A DNA stretch of 54,727 nucleotides from Acidimicrobiia bacterium (GTDB lineage: Bacteria > Actinomycetota > Acidimicrobiia > Spongiisociales > DATADW01): NCBI GenBank assembly GCA_036258335.1, contig DATADW010000382.1, positions 1 to 54,727 of the forward strand, given 5' to 3'. The number at the start of each line of letters is the position of its first letter. Position 1 is the first letter of the stretch. Below, in pieces: positions 30,613 to 39,365 of this stretch. Position numbers and translations under genes: made by a program. The notes beneath the pieces are model-generated. The model was not told where the DNA came from. It did not search any database and saw only the letters and a program-made list of their open reading frames with translations.

Positions 30613-32430
30613 TTAGAGCACCGGCGCCAGTTCTGCGGGCTCTCTGCTCGCTTCGTCGGCCGACCAGATGGCGCGCATCACATCGTTTGTTGCCAGCAGC
30701 CGATCGAGTGGTCCCACAGCTACGACTGCGCCGCTTTCGAGCACCACGATCTGATCGGCTCGGCGCAGAGCCGCCCTCCGGTGCGAGACCACCAGGCAAG
30801 TGACATCGCTCTGGTCGGCGAAGAGCCGAGCCCACAGAACCCTCTCCGTCTCCACGTCAAGCGCCGACGAGAGGTCGTCGAAGACCAGCAGGTCGGCGCG
30901 ACGGAGCAGCGCCCGAGCCGTAGCGGCGCGCTGCACCTGGCCCCCGGAGAGACGCACTCCTAGCGGACCCACCTTGGTCTCGAGCCTGTCGGGCATCTCG
31001 ACAACGTCCTCGTCGAGGACCGCGGTAAGGAGGGCCGCAGCGATCTCGGTGTCGTCATGGTCGAGCCCCAGATCGAGGTTGTCGCGCAGCGTCATCGAGA
31101 AGAGGCGCGGCACCTGTGGGGTGTAGGCAGCCCTTGGCGGGACCATGAACTCGCCCGGGTCGGTGACCCTCTCCCCGTTCCACCGGAGCTCACCGGCATC
31201 GGGGACGACCAGACCCAGCATCGCTCGGAGGAGAGTCGTCTTACCTGAGCCGATCCTCCCTGCGATCACGGTGAACGACCCGGCCGGGATGGTCAGGTCG
31301 ACGCCGCTGATGCCGCGACCGGTGTCGGGGTGCCGATAGCTGAGCCCTCTGGTCTCGAGCGCGGTGAGCCGCTGACGCCCGTCGGCGGGCGGGGAGGTGA
31401 CGGCCGGTGGTGCGTTCTTCAGGTGGAGGTCGACCGGCTCTGCCAGACGCTGTGGCGGTGCTTCGCCGAGCAGCCCAGTCATGAGGTCGATTGCCACTCG
31501 GGCTTGCCGAAATCGGGCAATAAAGAGACCCAGTACGTGGACGTTCTCGGTGATGAACCCCATGAAGTAGACGAAAAGCGCGAAATCGCCCACGGTCAGC
31601 CCTCCGGGCTGCCCGATTCGGTCGGCGGCCAAAAGCAGCACCAGCCCGGTCCCCAGGTTGACCGTGTTCCAGAAGAGGGCATCCAAACCCTCCTCGAGGA
31701 CTCGGTCGCGCACCATCACCTTCTGGCGGGCCTGGTTGAGACGGCGCAGATGACCGACCACCCGGTCCTCGGCACCCGCCAGCTTCACCGCCTGCACCCC
31801 GCCGAATATCTCGCCTATGGCACCGGTCACCTCTCCCGTCGCCTCCCGCGCCTGCCGTCGAGCCCGCTCCACCATCGAGCCGGCCCGCTCCGCCAAGACG
31901 ACCACCACGACGAGGGGTGCGAACACGACAAGCGTGAGCTGGGCGTCGATCGAGGCGAGCACCCACAGCGACACCGTGGAGAACAAGATCGAGCCGATGA
32001 CGTCCACCGTCCAGCTCACGGTCTCCTCGATCTGCTCCACGTCCTCCCTGAAGCGGGTGATGGCATCGCCGGTCGACCCGGGGACGGCGGTAGCACCGGG
32101 CAACTCGAGGATTCGGCTCATCAGGTTGATTCGAAGCCGCGAAGCCATCCGGAATCGAAAGTGCACGTCGTTCCAGATGGCAACGTAGATGTTGGCGACC
32201 CGGAACACGGCGTAACCGATCAGCAGCGCGATCAGGGTGGTCACGTCCAGGCCGGCGGGGGCATCCCCGGTGAGTTCGTCGAAGAACCACTTGGTGAGCA
32301 GACCGGGAACAATCGGGGCCAGGTAGATGATCACCCACAAGGTGACATTGGCCAGATAGCGCCACGGCTCGGTCCGCATCAAACGGGCCATGATCCTCGC
32401 CGCCGGGATGGTGCGCTCAGGCGAGGTCAC
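30613..32430 (-). CDS. ABC exporter half-transporter (TMD-NBD), subunit with a non-canonical Walker B
   Basis: 605 aa. Walker A GRIGSGKT, signature LSGGQ, Walker B LLVFDD followed by L (no catalytic Glu). GTGA overlap with the upstream partner. Confidence 0.85.
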   Translation of the reverse strand: MTSPERTIPAARIMARLMRTEPWRYLANVTLWVIIYLAPIVPGLLTKWFFDELTGDAPAGLDVTTLIALLIGYAVFRVANIYVAIWNDVHFRFRMASRLRINLMSRILELPGATAVPGSTGDAITRFREDVEQIEETVSWTVDVIGSILFSTVSLWVLASIDAQLTLVVFAPLVVVVVLAERAGSMVERARRQAREATGEVTGAIGEIFGGVQAVKLAGAEDRVVGHLRRLNQARQKVMVRDRVLEEGLDALFWNTVNLGTGLVLLLAADRIGQPGGLTVGDFALFVYFMGFITENVHVLGLFIARFRQARVAIDLMTGLLGEAPPQRLAEPVDLHLKNAPPAVTSPPADGRQRLTALETRGLSYRHPDTGRGISGVDLTIPAGSFTVIAGRIGSGKTTLLRAMLGLVVPDAGELRWNGERVTDPGEFMVPPRAAYTPQVPRLFSMTLRDNLDLGLDHDDTEIAAALLTAVLDEDVVEMPDRLETKVGPLGVRLSGGQVQRAATARALLRRADLLVFDDLSSALDVETERVLWARLFADQSDVTCLVVSHRRAALRRADQIVVLESGAVVAVGPLDRLLATNDVMRAIWSADEASREPAELAPVL

Positions 32431-34181
32431 ACCAGCACCTCCTCCATCCCAACACGCAGGTAGTGGGCGAACCGGCTAGAGGAATCGGCGGCCAGGACGC
32501 CGCGGGGGCCGTGCTCCACAACGCGGCCCTTATCGACGATGAGTATCTCGTCCGCCCTCTCCAACGTGGCGAGGCGATGAGCGATGAGGATCCCGGTCCG
32601 GCCGGCAAGCAGGTGATCCACGGCGCGTTCGATCAGCCGTTCGGTTGCCGGATCGAGCCGCGACGACGCCTCGTCGAGCACAACCAACCCGGGATCGGCC
32701 AGGAAGGCACGGGCGAAGGCGAGTAGCTGCCCCTCCCCCGCCGACAGGCCTCCCCCACCCGGCGGGAGGACGGAATCGAGACCCGACGGCAACGACAACG
32801 CCAAATCGCCCAGCCCAAGCCGGAACAGCACGTCGAGCAGATGGTGGTCGTCAACCGACTCGGAGAACAGAGTGAGGTTGTCACGCAGCGTTGCATGGAA
32901 GAGCTGCACGTCCTGGCTGACCATCCACACCCTCCGCCTTAGGTCGGCCGGGTTGACATCGCGCAACGACACCCCGCCGACGGCCACAGAGCCCTCATCC
33001 GGGTCGTACAACCGGGTGAGCAGGCGCGCAACGGTGGTCTTTCCACTGCCGGTTCGGCCCAAGATCCCGAGGACGACCTGCTGGCTGACATCGAAGGAGA
33101 CCCCGTCAAGCGCCGGCCCGCCCCCGGCGTCCTCGTCGTCATAGCCGAAGGTGACCCGATCGAAGGAGACAGAGAGAGGGCCGGGGGGCAGATGATCGGC
33201 CCCGAGGTCGGCGATCTTGGTGGTGACGGCGAACAGGTCCTCCACCCTCGTGATCCCGGCGCCAGCCTTCTGCAAATCCTCCATTTGGTCGCGGATCCTG
33301 TCCATGGGCACACGGAGCAGCTCGACGTACGTGAAGACGAGGTAGACCGACCCGATGGTGAGGTCGCCAGCGCCGAACAAGCGCTCTCCCAACCAGTAGA
33401 CCAGCGCCGTGCTGAACGCGAAGACGAAGACGTTGGTGGACCACAGCGCCGACCATCCGGCCCCGGCCCGGACCTGATCGGGCAGCCAGCTGCGGAGAAT
33501 GCCGGTGAGTCGCCCCATGAAAAAGGGTGCGGCGCCATTGGCCCGCACTTCCTCGGTGCCGCCCAGGATCTCCCCGACGAATCCGAAGAACTCAGCACTG
33601 CGCGTCCGCATCCCGGTCCACCAAGGAACCGCCAGATGATGGACGCGGAGCATCGCCGCCATCGAGATGGCTGCAAACACGATCATCACCAAGCCGATCC
33701 AGAGGCTCTCGATGGTGAGAAGCACCAAGATCCCAATCAGAAGCACCAGGTTGCCAACGACGTGCACCACGAATTGAGAGAAGAAGTTGGACAGGGCAGT
33801 CACGTCCCCGTCGATCCTCTCGATGAGCTCCCCTGGGGTCCGCTGTTTGTGGAACCCGAGGTCGAGCCTGATGGTGTGATCCGCAAGGTCGGCCCGCAGT
33901 TCGTTCGTCGCCGCCCAGCCGATCCGCTGCCCGATCCATGTCGCGGCGAGAGCCAGTCCCTGCTGAGCAACCGCCACCACCATGAAGAGCACGGCAAGCC
34001 CGGTGAGCGTCGAGGCTTCGGCGCCGGCCATGGCACCATCGATGATCCGCGCCATCAGCTGCGGGTTGACCAATTGGAAGGCGATCCCGCCGCCCACCAG
34101 CAAGCCGAGAACGGCGACGCCCGCCCAGTGGGGGCGGAGGTAGTCGCGTAACAACTTCCAGTAGCGGCGTACCGGGATCAC
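32427..34181 (-). CDS. ABC exporter half-transporter (TMD-NBD), subunit with a degenerate signature motif
   Basis: 584 aa. Walker A GRTGSGKT, signature LSAGEGQ (degenerate), Walker B LVVLDEAS (canonical D-E). Confidence 0.85.
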   Translation of the reverse strand: MIPVRRYWKLLRDYLRPHWAGVAVLGLLVGGGIAFQLVNPQLMARIIDGAMAGAEASTLTGLAVLFMVVAVAQQGLALAATWIGQRIGWAATNELRADLADHTIRLDLGFHKQRTPGELIERIDGDVTALSNFFSQFVVHVVGNLVLLIGILVLLTIESLWIGLVMIVFAAISMAAMLRVHHLAVPWWTGMRTRSAEFFGFVGEILGGTEEVRANGAAPFFMGRLTGILRSWLPDQVRAGAGWSALWSTNVFVFAFSTALVYWLGERLFGAGDLTIGSVYLVFTYVELLRVPMDRIRDQMEDLQKAGAGITRVEDLFAVTTKIADLGADHLPPGPLSVSFDRVTFGYDDEDAGGGPALDGVSFDVSQQVVLGILGRTGSGKTTVARLLTRLYDPDEGSVAVGGVSLRDVNPADLRRRVWMVSQDVQLFHATLRDNLTLFSESVDDHHLLDVLFRLGLGDLALSLPSGLDSVLPPGGGGLSAGEGQLLAFARAFLADPGLVVLDEASSRLDPATERLIERAVDHLLAGRTGILIAHRLATLERADEILIVDKGRVVEHGPRGVLAADSSSRFAHYLRVGMEEVLV

Positions 34182-34321
34182 GGGAAATCCTCGTGGGGAG
34201 CCCGAGGACGGTAACCCCAGTCGACCCTCGGAGCGGTGTGATTGTTGACTCCGTTGACCGCTCGTTGATGAGTTATTGATCCGTCCTCCCCGACCATTGC
34301 CGCCTGTCGACGAGGGGAATC

Positions 34322-34861
34322 ATGGAAGCCAATCCGCGACGCGCCCTGACCCGTTCGCTCCTGATCGGGGCCATCACAGTCCCCGCCATCGCCCTGGTGG
34401 CGGTGGCGCTCTCGGCTCCCCCGGAGGAGCAGCCAACCACGACGGACCAAGCGCCGGTAGCGGTCGCCGCCCCGGCAGGAGTGAGGACGGCGGCAACGCC
34501 CCCGTCGGTCGCCAGCAATGCGACCGGGCGTGACTACCGCCTCGCATGCGGCCGTGACGGCCGGGCATTGATCAAGCGCCAGCAAGCAGGGAGTGCCAGC
34601 CAGGTCGAGGAGGCGGCGCTGGCTGCTCTCCGCCCGATCTGCGAGGCACAAGGGAAGCCGCTCCCTGCGGAACCCGCTCCCGAGGTCATCATCGAGACCA
34701 TCGCAACGCCGCCCGCGGCCGCCGTCCCGGCCGCACCCGCGGGCGGCGCTGCCGAAGAAGATTCGGATGGCGACCGGGATGACGATTGGGACGAAGACTC
34801 GGACGACGACTCGCACGACGACCGGGACGACGACCACCTGGACGAAGACGATGACGACTGA
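34322..34861 (+). CDS. Membrane-anchored hypothetical protein with a poly-acidic C-terminal tail
   Basis: GAGGGG SD-like sequence 5 nt upstream. N-terminal TM segment LLIGAITVPAIALVAVAL, two Cys in the ectodomain, and the tail EEDSDGDRDDDWDEDSDDDSHDDRDDDHLDEDDDD. High GC3. Confidence 0.6.
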   Translation: MEANPRRALTRSLLIGAITVPAIALVAVALSAPPEEQPTTTDQAPVAVAAPAGVRTAATPPSVASNATGRDYRLACGRDGRALIKRQQAGSASQVEEAALAALRPICEAQGKPLPAEPAPEVIIETIATPPAAAVPAAPAGGAAEEDSDGDRDDDWDEDSDDDSHDDRDDDHLDEDDDD

Positions 34862-35207
34862 TCGGGGCGGTTCGGCCGGAGGTCTGTCGCGACGACTGGT
34901 CGTCCCCTTCATGGTGACGGCGGCATCCGTCGCGTTGTTGCTGGTCACCGTGGGCGGTGCGGAAGAGCCCGCGGAGTCCACCCCTCCATCGACGGCGGGC
35001 TCCGCACCTCCACCATCGACCGATACCCAGCAGGCCATACCCGCCCAGCCTCTGGTCTCCGAGCTGGACTCCGCGGTACAACGCGTTCTGGCTGAGACCG
35101 GTGCCAGCCGTCTGGTGCCCGCCGCCCAGCTGCGCCGCCTTCCCGGCTCGGTGGTGGCTGTGCTGCGTGCCGAGCAGACGGCTCTCACCGTGGGATCGAC
35201 TCCATGA
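34851..35207 (+). CDS. Membrane-anchored hypothetical protein (118 aa)
   Basis: ATG 34851 overlaps the previous stop by 11 nt. TM segment VVPFMVTAASVALLLVTV, a Pro/Ser/Thr linker, then a short folded-looking C-terminal region containing ETGAS. Confidence 0.5.
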   Translation: MTTDRGGSAGGLSRRLVVPFMVTAASVALLLVTVGGAEEPAESTPPSTAGSAPPPSTDTQQAIPAQPLVSELDSAVQRVLAETGASRLVPAAQLRRLPGSVVAVLRAEQTALTVGSTP

Positions 35208-35578
35208 CCGGCGTACAGAAGCCCAAATCCGTTGCCGCAACGCGGCTCAAGCCGGCACGGGTGGCCCAGATCATCGCCTGGACCGCCGCCGTAACCGCGG
35301 CCACGGCAGCCGGGATGGCACGCCTCGCCTCCGCCGACGAGGCCCCTTCCTCGCCCGAGCCGGCCGTCCCCACGGTGACGACTTCCCTCGTACAGGCAGC
35401 GCCCCTTCCCAAGCCACCGATTGCCGGGCTGGTCATCATCCGTCACGACTCGCCGACACCGGTCGCTGACCGACCTGCGATCGCTACCTCGCCGTCGCCG
35501 GCCCCTGCCCCCGCCCCGGCGCCGGTCCCTGCGCCCGCACCCCCCCCTGCTCCCAGCACGCAGAGCTCCGGCTCATGA
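35204..35578 (+). CDS. Membrane-anchored Pro/Ala-rich hypothetical protein (124 aa)
   Basis: ATGA overlaps at both ends. TM segment VAQIIAWTAAVTAATAAGMA. C-terminal SPSPAPAPAPAPVPAPAPPPAP low-complexity region. Confidence 0.5.
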   Translation: MTGVQKPKSVAATRLKPARVAQIIAWTAAVTAATAAGMARLASADEAPSSPEPAVPTVTTSLVQAAPLPKPPIAGLVIIRHDSPTPVADRPAIATSPSPAPAPAPAPVPAPAPPPAPSTQSSGS

Positions 35579-36405
35579 CGACGTTCGAAGCAATGGGCAC
35601 CAGCGTCTGGGTCCACGGCGGTGGCGCCGATCGGGTCGCCGCATGGTTTGAGCAGGTCGAGGACGTGTGCAGCCGGTTCCGCCCTGACAGCGAGTTGTCC
35701 CATCTCAACGCCCGCAGCCCGGGTTGGTCGTCCATATCACCGCTACTCCATACCGTTCTGGCCGCGGCCGAACAGGCGCGGATGATGACGCGTGGGCTGG
35801 TCGATCCGGCAATCGGGGCTGCTGTCGAGGCGTGGGGCTACGACCGCAGCTTCGAGTTGGTCACCGATACCGAGGTCGCCCCGGGCCCCGTGCCCTCGGG
35901 ATCGTGGACCTTGGGTGACGGCTCGGTCTGGACAGGTGCAGGAACCCGGCTCGACCTCGGAGGGGTGGCCAAAGGATGGGCCTGCGATCGGGCGGTGGAC
36001 TCTGGGTTGGCCACCGTGGTCAATGCCGGCGGTGATCTGCGCTCGGATCATCCAGACCTGCGGGTCGAGGTGCTCCACCCCGACGGGACGATCGTCGCCA
36101 CTGTGCAGGTGGGTCAGGGTGCCCTCGCCACGAGTTCCACGACGCGGCGCCGCTGGCAAGCCGGGAACCGGACGGCGAGTCACCTGATCGATCCGAGGAC
36201 CGGGGAGCCAGTCGAGTCCCCGGTGCAATCCGCCACTGCGCTGACCGCCACCGCGGTCGAGGCCGAAGCAGCGGCCAAGGCGATGCTGCTCTCCGGTGTC
36301 GACTCGCTGGCGTGGGCGGAAGGACAGAGCTGGGTACGCGCCGGTCTGGTGGTCTGGTGGGACGGGACGGTCTTTGCCACCCCCGGTCTGGAGCTGGCGG
36401 CATGA
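35575..36405 (+). CDS. apbE: FAD:protein FMN transferase (ApbE family), no signal peptide visible
   Basis: 276 aa. FEAMGTSVWV, FRPDSELSHLN, DPAIGAAVEAWGYD, LDLGGVAKGWA, VNAGGDL, SHLIDPRTGEP. Confidence 0.85.
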   Translation: MTTFEAMGTSVWVHGGGADRVAAWFEQVEDVCSRFRPDSELSHLNARSPGWSSISPLLHTVLAAAEQARMMTRGLVDPAIGAAVEAWGYDRSFELVTDTEVAPGPVPSGSWTLGDGSVWTGAGTRLDLGGVAKGWACDRAVDSGLATVVNAGGDLRSDHPDLRVEVLHPDGTIVATVQVGQGALATSSTTRRRWQAGNRTASHLIDPRTGEPVESPVQSATALTATAVEAEAAAKAMLLSGVDSLAWAEGQSWVRAGLVVWWDGTVFATPGLELAA

Positions 36406-37148
36406 ACCCGATCTGGATGCTGGCCAGGGGCTCGGGGATCGCCGCCTACCTGTTGCTTGCTGGGGCCACTATCTGGGGGCTGCTGCTCGCCAGCAAAGTG
36501 CTCGACCGCTCGGCATCGGCTCGCGACCTCACATGGGTCCACGAGTCGCTGTCTCTGGCCGCGGTGGCCGCCACGGTCGTCCACATGGTGAGCCTGTGGC
36601 TCGAGGAGTTCATCGACTTCGACCTGCGCCACCTGTTGATCCCAGGTGCTTCGTCGTTCCGCCCGGTCCCTGTTGCTCTGGGAGTCGTCGCCTTCTGGGC
36701 GCTGGCGGTGATAACACCCTCGTTCTACCTGCGTAACCGGATCGGGCAACGAGCCTGGCGCACCCTCCACTTCGCCACCTTCGGCTGCTTCCTCGCCGCT
36801 GCGATCCACGGCATCACCGCCGGGACCGACACCGGCCGACCCGTCATGGTGGTCCTCTACGCCACCACCCTGACCGCGGTGCTCGGCCTCATCGTCCTCC
36901 GGCTGATCAGGGCCGGGCCGTCATCCCTCCGAAATGCCGCGGCGAAAAACCCAGCGCCGTCCCCTTCCAAACCGCGCATCCCGCCGGAGCTCCTCGAACA
37001 GCCCCAGGCCGGCGCCATCCCCAATGAGACAGAATCGGTCGTCAACAGGCCGGACGTCGACGGGCCGGTGGAGAAAGCCAAGCCCAAACCGCGCATCCCG
37101 CCCGAGCTCCTCGAAAGGTCCCCCGCCCGGCCCGGTGCCAACCGGTGA
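36402..37148 (+). CDS. Ferric-reductase-like/MsrQ-like transmembrane b-heme protein with a low-complexity C-terminal extension
   Basis: ATGA overlap with apbE. Multi-TM with conserved His pairs (WVHES / VVHMV and LHFAT / AIHGI). The tail contains a duplicated KPRIPPELLE. Confidence 0.7.
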   Translation: MNPIWMLARGSGIAAYLLLAGATIWGLLLASKVLDRSASARDLTWVHESLSLAAVAATVVHMVSLWLEEFIDFDLRHLLIPGASSFRPVPVALGVVAFWALAVITPSFYLRNRIGQRAWRTLHFATFGCFLAAAIHGITAGTDTGRPVMVVLYATTLTAVLGLIVLRLIRAGPSSLRNAAAKNPAPSPSKPRIPPELLEQPQAGAIPNETESVVNRPDVDGPVEKAKPKPRIPPELLERSPARPGANR

Positions 37149-37176
37149 GGAAACACCAGGTGCTTGACTCGCCGCA

Positions 37177-38148
37177 GTGGAGAGTCGCCCCCTCGCAACC
37201 ACCGGGCTCACCGTCACCCCGATCGGGATCGGGTTGGCCGCGCTGGGCAGACCGGCCTACATAACCCCCCACCGCGGCGGCGACCTGGGTGCTGACCGCA
37301 CCGAGGCTGCGATGAGAGACCGCACCCACCAGATGCTCGACCTCGCCACCGACCTCGGAGTGCGTTACATCGACGTCGCCCGCTCATACGGTCTGGCCGA
37401 GTTGTTCCTCGCCGGTTGGCTTGAGAGACACCCATCGAGCGAGATGACGATCGGGTCGAAGTGGGGTTACCGCTATGTGGGTGGGTGGCAAATGGATGCA
37501 CCGGTCCACGAGGTGAAGGATCATTCGCTGTCTGCGTTGCAGACTCAGTGGGCGGAGAGCCGACGGTTGCTCGGGGGGCGGCTCCGCCTCTACCAGATCC
37601 ACTCGGCCACACCTGACACCGGGGTGCTCGACGACGGCGAGGTCCTGGCAGAGCTCATCCGGATCGGCGCAGAGGAGGGGGTGGTGATGGGTCTAACCAC
37701 CAGCGGCTCCCGCCAGGCGGAGACGGTGGAGCGCGCCCTGGCGGCCGAGGTGGATGGGGTGAACCCCTTCCGGCAGGTGCAAGCGACGTGGAACGTCCTC
37801 GAGCCGTCTGCCGGTGGCGCCCTGCAAGCGGCGCACCAGGCAGGGTGGGGGATAATGGTCAAGGAGTCACTCGCCAACGGCCGACTGGCCGGCGCTGCGG
37901 CGCCGCCCGAGCTCGCCGCGTTGGCAGGCGACCACGGCGTGGGGACCGACGCCGTAGCCATCGCCGCCGCTCTCGCTCAGCCGTGGGTGGACACGGTGCT
38001 GTCCGGTGCGGTGACCCCGAACCAGTTCCGCTCCAACCTGGACGCAGCCGGTCTCCTTCTCTCGCAGGCCGAGGTGGAATCGCTGCAACCTCTGGCAACC
38101 AGCCCGGATGTCTACTGGACGGCGCGTTCCGCACTCGACTGGAGCTGA
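37177..38148 (+). CDS. Aldo/keto reductase
   Basis: 323 aa, GTG start. LTVTPIGIGLAALG, YIDVARSYG, LYQIHS. Confidence 0.8.
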   Translation: MESRPLATTGLTVTPIGIGLAALGRPAYITPHRGGDLGADRTEAAMRDRTHQMLDLATDLGVRYIDVARSYGLAELFLAGWLERHPSSEMTIGSKWGYRYVGGWQMDAPVHEVKDHSLSALQTQWAESRRLLGGRLRLYQIHSATPDTGVLDDGEVLAELIRIGAEEGVVMGLTTSGSRQAETVERALAAEVDGVNPFRQVQATWNVLEPSAGGALQAAHQAGWGIMVKESLANGRLAGAAAPPELAALAGDHGVGTDAVAIAAALAQPWVDTVLSGAVTPNQFRSNLDAAGLLLSQAEVESLQPLATSPDVYWTARSALDWS

Positions 38149-38150
38149 CG

Positions 38151-39332
38151 ATGCTCATGAGGAGCGATCTCCCCCGCACCGCCGATATGGTCATCGTCGG
38201 TGGCGGCATCGCCGGGGCGTCCACCGCGTTCCACGCTGCCAGGGCCGGAATCCGTCCACTGATCTTGGAGCGCCGTCCGGCCCCGGTCACCCACACCACG
38301 GCGGCGAGCACCGGGGCCTTCCGTCTCCAGTTCGACAACGAAGAGGAGATGCACCTGGTCCGGGAGACGGTCGAGCTACTCGACCAGTTCGCAGAGATCA
38401 CCGGCCAGCGTCGTCACGACCCTCAGGTACGCCGCCAGGGCTACCTATGGGCAACGACCTCACCCAAGCGGATCGAGCCGCAGCGCCTGTTGGTCGAGCA
38501 ACAGCATCGATGGGGGCAGAGCGACATCGAGTTGCTCAGCGGGGATGAGGTTCGGTCCCGCTTCCCGTACGTCGGCCCCGATGTGCTCCAGGCGCGGTTC
38601 CGCGCCGGTGACGGCTTCCTCGACCCGAGGCAGCTGGCGCTGGGCCTTATCGAGGGGTCCGGCGCCGACGTCGTGGTGTCGTGCGACGTGACCGGGATCG
38701 GGGTGACCGACGACCGGGTCACCGCGGTTGGTACATCGCTCGGCTCGGTCGCCGCTACGACGGTGGTGGTGGCGGCCGGTCCCTTCTCCGGGGTGGTGGC
38801 GAGCATGGCCGGAGTTGAGCTACCGCTCGAGACGGTGGTCAGGCACAAGGTGGTCGTCCCCGACCTGCCGGCGGTGCCACCTACTGCGCCGATGACGATC
38901 GACGATGACACCGGCGCCCATTGGCGCCCCGCATTGGCCGGGGCCTACCTGCTCCACACCGACCCATCAACCCCACCAGGACCGCCCCTCGAGGACGTAC
39001 CGCCCGACGCGGCTTTCGCCTTCCGGCTGCTCGACCCGTCGAGCCCGGTGGCGCTGGCCAAGGTTGCGCCTTTCTGGGCCGACGCCTGGCGCGACGGGTC
39101 GGTGTCGTGGATGGTCCAGTCCGGGCAGTACGACATGACACCCGATCATCGACCTTTGCTGGGCGAGACCTCGGTGGCCGGGCTGTGGACGAATTGCGGA
39201 TACAGCGGCCACGGGATCATGGCCGGTCCTGCCGGGAGCCGCCACTTGATCGATCTCGTCACCGGCCGAACCGATGACAACCCCTTCCGCCTCGATCGGG
39301 TCTTCGCCCCCCGCCCCACGGACGTGCTCTAG
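38151..39332 (+). CDS. FAD-dependent oxidoreductase (DAO/sarcosine-oxidase-beta-like)
   Basis: Trimmed to ATG 38151, 2 nt after the AKR stop. ADMVIVGGGIAGASTAFHAARAG dinucleotide fold. C-terminal GYSGHGIMAGP. Confidence 0.8.
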   Translation: MLMRSDLPRTADMVIVGGGIAGASTAFHAARAGIRPLILERRPAPVTHTTAASTGAFRLQFDNEEEMHLVRETVELLDQFAEITGQRRHDPQVRRQGYLWATTSPKRIEPQRLLVEQQHRWGQSDIELLSGDEVRSRFPYVGPDVLQARFRAGDGFLDPRQLALGLIEGSGADVVVSCDVTGIGVTDDRVTAVGTSLGSVAATTVVVAAGPFSGVVASMAGVELPLETVVRHKVVVPDLPAVPPTAPMTIDDDTGAHWRPALAGAYLLHTDPSTPPGPPLEDVPPDAAFAFRLLDPSSPVALAKVAPFWADAWRDGSVSWMVQSGQYDMTPDHRPLLGETSVAGLWTNCGYSGHGIMAGPAGSRHLIDLVTGRTDDNPFRLDRVFAPRPTDVL

Positions 39333-39365
39333 CCAAATCAGCTCGGTGCGAGTCGAGGAGGACCA

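Noticed and set aside
34178-35446. A 422-aa ORF on the minus strand, opposite the three small membrane-protein genes
   Set aside because: Its Arg/Gly/Pro-rich composition is typical of an antisense shadow frame in high-GC DNA. The plus-strand frames have TM segments, high GC3, an SD-like sequence and stop-start coupling to apbE.
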